A DNA stretch of 64,000 nucleotides from a bacterium (lineage in GTDB: Bacteria > Auribacterota > Auribacteria > Auribacterales > Auribacteraceae), in contig JACKPL010000003.1 in NCBI GenBank assembly GCA_024233545.1, positions 64,584 to 128,583 on the forward strand, in the 5' to 3' direction. Within the stretch, counting starts at the first letter, position 1. The number at the start of each line of letters is the position of its first letter. Under the pieces are notes generated by a model, which was not told the origin of the DNA, ran no database searches, and saw only the letters and a list, made by a program, of their open reading frames with translations. Both the position numbers and the translations under genes were made by a program. Positions 26,502-33,439 of the stretch are shown here, piece by piece.

Positions 26502-29500
26502 TATGCGGTTAGCCTCCTGCGGCGTATTCCTAAAATAACTGTTATGATGAATACACAGATTATACCTAACACTATCAATGCGGCGGATAAACTGTCCTTA
26601 ATCATTTCTTTTACTTTTTCAACAGTGACGGTTTCTTCTTTTAATGTCATGCCTTCCTGTTGCTGAGAAGCGGAGGAAAACGTAGTTTCGTTGATTTTCT
26701 CTGTATACTGCTGAGCTAGGGTAGGATCGGCAATGTTTGCGATCATTTGCTGAAGTTTGATATTGTCGCAGACAAACCCACTGCACCCTGCTTGGTATTC
26801 GCTGACAAGAGAAGTATGCAGATTTGCGATAGTTTTAATCATTTCCTCCGATGGTTTCCAGTATCCTTTGCGTACTGTTTCGAGCATAACCGCTGTCATT
26901 TCCTGCAAGGCATAGGGATTAACGTCCTTAAACCGGTCGATAATATTGAGCTCATGAATATCATCGATGTATACGTCATACAGAGTATTCCACAGCGCTT
27001 CATCGACTGCCGATGGTTTCATCACGTTCCATCCGAAAGTATTGCGGAATGTTTCAGCGAATTCTTCTGCGCCCGAGGCGCCTTCTTTGAGCATTTCGTC
27101 GATGAAAACAGGATTGTAAATAGTGGAACGCGCTTCGATCCAAATTGCTTGGGTTACTCCCTGTACCGTTGCGTTATATTTGTTGCGCAGGTCGCTGAAA
27201 TATGATGCAGGGTCATTGCCGGTAACCGAACGTATTGCGGCATTAAGCCCGCCCATAAATTCATAGGTATGGTCGAGCGACAAGGGGCCGGTCATGTTGC
27301 TCGAACGAGGGTGCATGACGGTGTCAGTATGCTGAAGAGCGGCTTCAAACATACCCGGCGCGTAAACGCTCCAGCGGCCTTTAGTGTACATTGCGCCCAT
27401 ATTTTCTATGTATTGTGTAGCGATTTGGCTGTCGTTTTCCCATGCGTCGCCGTCTTCAACCAGCGGCATAATGCCGGTGCCGTATTGCCCGTTGATGCCG
27501 CCGAACACTCGAACGGTAGAAAAGGTGCGGGCTTCTTCGGGAGAAAACCCTTTTTGTTTGAGCACTTTTTCTGCGGCACCGGTTCCTCTGCGCACATAGT
27601 TTGGAAATGATTCCGTTCCCTGTGCTTCTGAGGCAATCCGAATAGCTTTTTCGATCAGGTAAATGCGCGATGCGGCAAGGTCGCGGAATTGCCCTGATGT
27701 TTGGACAAACACGTCGATGCGCGGCCTGCCGAGAGTTTCTGTAGGAATAAGCCTTACATCATATACCCTGCCGCGAGAGTTCCATACCGGTTCAACGCCC
27801 AGCAGATAGAGTATCTGAGCAATATTAACTCCCTCGCCGCGTATAAATTCGCCGCCCCACAGGCTGAATGCCACTTTTTCAGGGTAATTCCCTTTAGAAT
27901 ACAGCGATGATTCAAAAAGTTGCCCGACGAGTTTCTGTGCCGTTTTCCATGCTTCTTTTGTCGGAGTTCGTTCGGCATCGATGGAATAGATATTTTTACC
28001 GGTTGGAATAGCCGACGGGTTGATAATGGCGTCGCCGCCGGATGAAGGAGCAGTATATCCGCCGTTAAGTCCGTTCAACAACGCTTGAAGCTCCATCGCC
28101 GCTGAGCCCTGCAAATCGGCAACATATTGCTTTACCGATCGTAATGCGTCGCGATAGGTGCGGATTGCTTGTGCGCGTTCTGCTTCTTTTCCGCGTATTT
28201 CTGCAATGCGAGCCCGAGCGCCATTGATTGTATTTTTAATAAAACTGGTAGCTTGATCGCTTCTTAAAATTGCGCCGACGGCTTTTGCGTTGCCCGTGCC
28301 GGTTTGCGTTATCGCATCGGCAAGAGCGGTATTCCCGATGTAAGATTCCAAATGTCCGGCAAATGTTTCCAGTGTTTGCGTATCCCATTGGTTCAAAGCA
28401 GTTTTAAGTTTTTCCGGCTGTTGCGTAAGGAAAAGATCGGAAGTGTAGGGTTCTGAAAGTAATTGTGCCGTCAGTTCACGTTCTTTCTGTTGTTTTTCTG
28501 CTTGTATGCGTGCCTCGAAATGTGTGTCTTTAAGAAGTTCAAAAGTATATTCCCGTGCCTGTGTATTCTGCATTGTTTCAAGAAGGCTCATCATATCAGG
28601 CTGGACGAGCAAATCGATCTGCTTTTTCATTGCCGGTATCAATTGAGCAATTTTTTGTGTTTTGTCGCGGGTAACCGGATCGAGTAGCGCGGAACTTTTA
28701 TTGAATTTTGTTTCATTTTGCATTTCAAGTACGGCTTTTTTCTTTTCAGGGTCGGATGCGATGGCGAGAACCAGCGATGCAACGTGTTCTTTCTGAAATG
28801 GTTGTTCTGCTTGTGCTTGCTTCTCGTTGCCTGTCCCGAGCTGAAACATGCTTAACAGCCATTCTTCTTCAGACAATGTTTTGTTTTCTTGTTCCCATTT
28901 TTCAAGGAACGCTGAGTCTGCCGGATCGATCAACGAATCGGGTTGTGCCGTGCCTTGGAGAATTGCATTCAGGTATTCGCGGGCGTGTGTCCCATATAGA
29001 GCGTTAAACTCATGGGCGTTCTCATAGGCCGCATCAGTGGTTTTCCCTGTGAGGATGTCCATGGCGGCCATGCTGTACATAACCGGGTCAAGTGCCATGA
29101 GCAAGGCAGTTTCGTATATATCAGTTTGATCATATGGTGTGCCGAATGTATGGAAGCCTCGTATGACTTTTTCCGCTTCAACGGCATGAATATGATTATG
29201 CAGTTTCATGATCCCTTCTTCAGAAAACCGTAAGTATTGTGATGAGAGAATACCGGACGCTTCGGCAACGGTTTTATTGGCGGAAATGTATTCCAGCAGA
29301 TTTTTTTCAGATTGAAACTGCTGTTCGGCGGCCGGCGCATTAACGACGCTTTGTTGCAATGCTGTTAGCTGAGCATCAGGAATAGTTCGGCTGTATTCTG
29401 TTATTCTCTCAACCCCTTCTTGAGTTAAACGCGTAAAACGGCGGTCAATGAGTGACAAGTCGATATGAACGTCAGTTTTAATTGCCAGATCGAACAGAGA

Positions 29501-31405
29501 TTTTTCATGTTCTTCTTTGAGCATTTTGTCTTCAACATTCAAAAGCGCATGAAGCTTGTCGTGCAGAAGAGAAAAATCACCGTATAGTTCTGTTTTCATA
29601 AACGGCGGCGTGAGATGCGAAATCATGGTTGCATATATTCTTCGTTTTGCCATCATTGCTTCGCCGACATTATTTATCACATAGACATAGTGGTGCGGTA
29701 TGTCGCCGATGAGGTTATCAGCCCAATCATAATGAGAGAGCGCAACTTGTTTGCCGGGAGTAAACTCAAGGCTTCCATGTGTGCCGAAATGGATGATGGC
29801 ATCGGCATTAAAACGGTGCCTGCTCCAGAGATATGACGCTATATAGGTGTGAGTTGCGGCTTTATTTGCTCCATGGAGAAGATTGTATTCGTTTTCGCCA
29901 TATGCCGGCGGCAGAATGGGCAACAGGACAACATTGCCGAATTGAACACGAGGGATAGCAAGGTATTGTGCACCGTTGCGCGTCACATTCAGGTATTTCC
30001 CGGGAGGCGGCCCGTAGGTGTCGATTACCTCATTGAGGCGTTCTGCAGGGATATCGCTGTAAAACCATTGTTTGTATTCATCAACGGTAATGAGTTCAGG
30101 ATTCCCTTCGTTGATAAATTTTTCGATAGTGCCTTGTGCATAAATGCCCAATACCGGCCCTTCTTTGTTTATCCGTGCGGAAAATTCTTCGGCGGTTTGC
30201 GGCAGTTCGCCGGTAGTATAACCGGCATCTTTGAGCGATCGAAGCACGTTGAGCAGTGAATCGGCAACGTTCATGCCTCCGGCAACAAGCGAATTGAGCC
30301 CCGGCGCTTTGATATAATAAATTGCCACTTTTTTTTCTGCGTTGGGTTTGGTTTGCAGTGTCAACCAGTTATGAACCAATGAAACACATTTTTCCAGCCG
30401 GTCGGTAATGGCTTTAAATACATATAATCCGTTTTCATTTTTAAACTGAGCGGTGAGTACCCGCGGGTTCGTGGATCCGTCGAGTTCGGGAACCACGATG
30501 TTTTGCCCCATTTCGCCTCCTATCATTCCGCGCTGGTCAGCCATCCAATCTTCGTAGGGAACGAGAATATTCAGCGGTGCTATCAAAGGAATGTTTTGCT
30601 CTTTGAGCCATGCTACCGCTTCATCTCCTCTGCCGATTGCTAAACGGCCGTGTGGAAAATAGATAACAAGATTTGGATTTATCTCCTTAAGAAAATCAAG
30701 CCGTTTCAAAAAACCGTCTATGGGATATACGTTGATCTCCTTGTTTTCTAGCGCGGAAATCAATGCGTCAATATGTTCGCGGTTTGAGTTGCGCGGACCG
30801 GCGGTGGATGTGATAACCGCGACGCGCGGGGCATTTTCTTTATATAATCCGCTCTGCACATAAAATTGCTGGTATTGTTCATATGATTCAAAATAGTTCT
30901 CGTCACTGATGTGAAAAAAGGTGTCGTCGGGGATTGTGTGCGGTTCGCTAACGGTACTGGTAAACAGTTTTTTCCCATCGAGTGTGCGGCGTGTATAATT
31001 GAGAAGGTTTTTATAATTCTTTAATCCGCCGTACGACAAATAGTTTTTTACCGATTTCAGCTGATTGCCGGTTAAACTGGTTATGTCATTCTCATCGCTT
31101 GTTGCGGCGTGAGAGTAAACCGGCACCCCATTTTTTATGGCATTTTTTATATGTCCGCGCTGTTCTTCCGATAACGTTTTCCCATGAGCAAAAATGTACA
31201 CTGCATCGAACCGTTTCACCGAGTGCAGTTTATCTAAAGGAATACTTGATAACCGTATAAAAGGGTTTGTGTTGGCTTGTAAAAATTTTGCGTATTGGTA
31301 ATCGGCAAAATTCACCAATGCAATCCGTGTTGGGGCGAGGTATTTCTCATAGCCAATCCAACAGGCGAATATAAGAAGGCTAATAAGCAAGATTTTCTTT
31401 TTCAA
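26501..31405 (-). CDS. CobN/Mg-chelatase family protein, HmuS-like, 1,634 aa, membrane-anchored at both ends
   Basis: Hallmark CobN motifs IIHFGTHGSLEFTPGKQ (nt ~29765-29794) and IPTGKNIYSIDAERTPT (nt ~27983-28009). N-terminal TM KKKILLISLLIFACWIGY and C-terminal TM LSAALIVLGIICVFIITVILGIRRRR. Confidence 0.9.
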   Translation of the reverse strand: MKKKILLISLLIFACWIGYEKYLAPTRIALVNFADYQYAKFLQANTNPFIRLSSIPLDKLHSVKRFDAVYIFAHGKTLSEEQRGHIKNAIKNGVPVYSHAATSDENDITSLTGNQLKSVKNYLSYGGLKNYKNLLNYTRRTLDGKKLFTSTVSEPHTIPDDTFFHISDENYFESYEQYQQFYVQSGLYKENAPRVAVITSTAGPRNSNREHIDALISALENKEINVYPIDGFLKRLDFLKEINPNLVIYFPHGRLAIGRGDEAVAWLKEQNIPLIAPLNILVPYEDWMADQRGMIGGEMGQNIVVPELDGSTNPRVLTAQFKNENGLYVFKAITDRLEKCVSLVHNWLTLQTKPNAEKKVAIYYIKAPGLNSLVAGGMNVADSLLNVLRSLKDAGYTTGELPQTAEEFSARINKEGPVLGIYAQGTIEKFINEGNPELITVDEYKQWFYSDIPAERLNEVIDTYGPPPGKYLNVTRNGAQYLAIPRVQFGNVVLLPILPPAYGENEYNLLHGANKAATHTYIASYLWSRHRFNADAIIHFGTHGSLEFTPGKQVALSHYDWADNLIGDIPHHYVYVINNVGEAMMAKRRIYATMISHLTPPFMKTELYGDFSLLHDKLHALLNVEDKMLKEEHEKSLFDLAIKTDVHIDLSLIDRRFTRLTQEGVERITEYSRTIPDAQLTALQQSVVNAPAAEQQFQSEKNLLEYISANKTVAEASGILSSQYLRFSEEGIMKLHNHIHAVEAEKVIRGFHTFGTPYDQTDIYETALLMALDPVMYSMAAMDILTGKTTDAAYENAHEFNALYGTHAREYLNAILQGTAQPDSLIDPADSAFLEKWEQENKTLSEEEWLLSMFQLGTGNEKQAQAEQPFQKEHVASLVLAIASDPEKKKAVLEMQNETKFNKSSALLDPVTRDKTQKIAQLIPAMKKQIDLLVQPDMMSLLETMQNTQAREYTFELLKDTHFEARIQAEKQQKERELTAQLLSEPYTSDLFLTQQPEKLKTALNQWDTQTLETFAGHLESYIGNTALADAITQTGTGNAKAVGAILRSDQATSFIKNTINGARARIAEIRGKEAERAQAIRTYRDALRSVKQYVADLQGSAAMELQALLNGLNGGYTAPSSGGDAIINPSAIPTGKNIYSIDAERTPTKEAWKTAQKLVGQLFESSLYSKGNYPEKVAFSLWGGEFIRGEGVNIAQILYLLGVEPVWNSRGRVYDVRLIPTETLGRPRIDVFVQTSGQFRDLAASRIYLIEKAIRIASEAQGTESFPNYVRRGTGAAEKVLKQKGFSPEEARTFSTVRVFGGINGQYGTGIMPLVEDGDAWENDSQIATQYIENMGAMYTKGRWSVYAPGMFEAALQHTDTVMHPRSSNMTGPLSLDHTYEFMGGLNAAIRSVTGNDPASYFSDLRNKYNATVQGVTQAIWIEARSTIYNPVFIDEMLKEGASGAEEFAETFRNTFGWNVMKPSAVDEALWNTLYDVYIDDIHELNIIDRFKDVNPYALQEMTAVMLETVRKGYWKPSEEMIKTIANLHTSLVSEYQAGCSGFVCDNIKLQQMIANIADPTLAQQYTEKINETTFSSASQQQEGMTLKEETVTVEKVKEMIKDSLSAALIVLGIICVFIITVILGIRRRRLTA

Positions 31406-31427
31406 TGGATTATACTCCTTAGTTGTG

Positions 31428-31760
31428 TTATTCGGGGATATAAATTATTTCACCATTTTCCAGCTGATACGCAGTGCCGACTTTTTTTCCCCTGCCGCGC
31501 CCCGTTCCTTCGGCGGCTTTATATTTCGTGATCTTTTCCCCTCGTTTCATAATAATTTCCATATCATCTTTACCGGGATTTTTTACCATCGTCATTTCAT
31601 CGTGAGTGAAAAGTTCTGTTAAGTTCAAATGTGTAACGAGAGCGACCATCAAAGCGACGGCGAAAACCATGCCTAGATCGAATAGGTTAGCCATACCTGC
31701 TAAGGGATCATTGTCGAATTCGTCTGTCAGTATTAAATGATGTTTGCTGTAGTTTCGCAT
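31428..31760 (-). CDS. DUF2149-like single-pass protein (ExbD/TolR-like topology)
   Basis: 110 aa. ..DNDPLAGMANLFDLGMVFAVALMVALV.. is a single TM with an Asp at its cytoplasmic edge, followed by a small soluble domain. It is encoded directly after a MotA/ExbB-like gene with a 28-nt overlap. Confidence 0.6.
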   Translation of the reverse strand: MRNYSKHHLILTDEFDNDPLAGMANLFDLGMVFAVALMVALVTHLNLTELFTHDEMTMVKNPGKDDMEIIMKRGEKITKYKAAEGTGRGRGKKVGTAYQLENGEIIYIPE

Positions 31761-32359
31761 GTCTTTCCTATTTCGTGTTGAGCAAGTTGCAGGATATAGC
31801 GCAAATGTGAAATATCTTCAACAAACCATCGCTTTTTTATCAAATGGGTAATGAATCCGACTGCGCCGACAAAAATCCCTACGACTGTGGTAGAGAAGGC
31901 TACCTGCATATTAACCGCCATCGATGCGATGTTGCCCACCGCCAATCCGACAAGAGCTGGCCCCATGGGTATCAGTGTTCCCATCAATCCGAGCATAGGG
32001 CCGAGCCGGACAAGCGTTTGGGACGATTCAAGCGATTTTGCGCCGGCTATCTCATAATCATCGATGATTTTATCTGCGTGCGGTGATTGCCAGCGGACAC
32101 GTTTCATGTTTGCCAGCGGCAGAGATAAGTGGTTTTCTGCTGAGAGCTCAGATTCGAAAACAATTGATTGTACCGGTGTATGCCGGAGTGTTTCCAGCAG
32201 GTCGGAAAATTTTTTCCCGTTCGAAAGGCGATGCATATAAATTCCGTAAAATGAACCTGCCATAAATAATGCCCAAATGAAACACCACAATAGCGCAATG
32301 ATGACTGGAATAAGGAGTCCGGAAGAAATCCAAAACAAACTGTTTGTTAATATGCTCAT
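31733..32359 (-). CDS. MotA/TolQ/ExbB-family proton-channel-like protein (second copy, divergent)
   Basis: 208 aa. ..LVRLGPMLGLMGTLIPMGPALVGL..MQVAFSTTVVGIFVGAVGFI resembles the ExbB/TolQ channel helices. Overlaps both neighbours. Confidence 0.7.
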   Translation of the reverse strand: MSILTNSLFWISSGLLIPVIIALLWCFIWALFMAGSFYGIYMHRLSNGKKFSDLLETLRHTPVQSIVFESELSAENHLSLPLANMKRVRWQSPHADKIIDDYEIAGAKSLESSQTLVRLGPMLGLMGTLIPMGPALVGLAVGNIASMAVNMQVAFSTTVVGIFVGAVGFITHLIKKRWFVEDISHLRYILQLAQHEIGKTCETTANII

Positions 32360-33042
32360 TCTGTCCCCTTCGATTGTTTATAGGCTGTTATAAGATATCC
32401 TGTGCCGGCGATTACTCCCATGCCGAACAGTAGTAATACAGTATTGAAAAGGCTTGTCTGCGTGGAAATGTTCACCATAGGCAATCCACTTATTACCATA
32501 GGGGAAAACATTGCAATGAGCATCTGAGCGAAAACGATAAGCGCTTTCAATTCCACTCGCCATTCCCAGCGGGGCAGAAGGTGTTTGAACAACCATGCTC
32601 CACCGAAAAGAAGGATAAACAGCCCGAAAGAGATAAAAAAAGAAATAAACGAATACGAGTATCCTTGGATTAGGTTGAACATCATGGTTTGAGCGCATAA
32701 AATTCCCAAAAGAAAAATTCCGGAAGGAAATAAGCTTAAATACTCTATTCGCCGTGATTTGGCCTGCAGGCATCGGGTGTGTATCAAAGCGAATGCCGTT
32801 GCCATTACGACAATTGCCTCACCTATTTGATAAGCACAGAATCCCGTTATCATTTCGTAATTCATAAACCATTGGTGTAACAGCCTCAGGCGTATCCTTG
32901 CTGAAAGAAACGCAAATGAAAAGTTAAAAATAGAAATCCCTAAACACATCAGAAAATGCCCTCTTGTTGTTTTTGTCAGGGAAATATTTATGAGGGTATG
33001 AATAAGCCCTACAATAATGAGTGCCGTAAATAATAACCACAT
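32356..33042 (-). CDS. polytopic membrane protein, first gene of the operon (DUF2162-like position; unassigned)
   Basis: 228 aa with 6-7 hydrophobic segments. ATG at 33040-33042 and a 4-nt overlap with the next gene. I recognise no motif with confidence. Confidence 0.6.
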   Translation of the reverse strand: MWLLFTALIIVGLIHTLINISLTKTTRGHFLMCLGISIFNFSFAFLSARIRLRLLHQWFMNYEMITGFCAYQIGEAIVVMATAFALIHTRCLQAKSRRIEYLSLFPSGIFLLGILCAQTMMFNLIQGYSYSFISFFISFGLFILLFGGAWLFKHLLPRWEWRVELKALIVFAQMLIAMFSPMVISGLPMVNISTQTSLFNTVLLLFGMGVIAGTGYLITAYKQSKGTE

Positions 33043-33080
33043 GTCCTTGCCTAAAAAGGAAATTTATAAAAAACAAATTA

Positions 33081-33109
33081 GATATATCAAACATTATTGG
33101 TCTAGTCAA
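33081..33109 (-). promoter_or_regulatory. candidate sigma70-type promoter of the 12-gene operon
   Basis: On the minus strand, TTGACT (complement of 33104-33109), a 17-nt spacer, then TATATC (complement of 33081-33086), about 40 nt upstream of ATG 33042. An AT-rich GATAAATATTATTTGAC segment overlapping the -35 resembles a Fur box only weakly (about 10/19). Confidence 0.35.
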
Positions 33110-33178
33110 ATAATATTTATCTATACATAGTTTTTTTGAGAGGATGAATAGCTTTTAAAAAAACCTTTATTCAACTAT

Positions 33179-33213
33179 GCGCGGAATGGCGTGGAAAAGC
33201 GCGGAATACCGTG
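33179..33213. promoter_or_regulatory. GC-rich 15-nt direct repeat (x2, 20-bp phasing) in the divergent control region
   Basis: GCGCGGAATGGCGTG (33179-33193) and GCGCGGAATACCGTG (33199-33213), a 13/15 match. They are followed by inverted repeat GCTTTA-N8-TAAAGC (33213-33232). The repeat stands out in an otherwise AT-rich spacer. Confidence 0.4.
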
Positions 33214-33439
33214 CTTTAGAGATGCGTAAAGCATTGCAAAAAAACAATTTGAAAGTCATATCTATCTTCTGAAAAGCAGGATAGATTATTTGCTTTTAGG
33301 TGGGAACAAGAATTGCGTATCCCTTGATGAATAATCATGAAATAAAAATACATTGTATTGGTCACAGAAACTTTTAAAATTTGATTTTTTTTTCAAAAGA
33401 GAAGAATTTTTATATAAATCCATATTTAAAAGGAGAAAT

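Noticed and set aside
32378-32773. 131-aa alternative-frame ORF within the first operon gene
   Set aside because: It is on the same strand in a different frame. The 228-aa frame gives regular TM helices and overlaps correctly with the next gene, while the alternative does not.
33043-33352. Cobalamin riboswitch upstream of the CobN-family operon
   Set aside because: No B12-box-like sequence (..AGYCMGgAgaCCkGCC..) or GC-rich multi-stem leader occurs on the minus strand. The predicted 5' UTR is only a few tens of nt and AT-rich.
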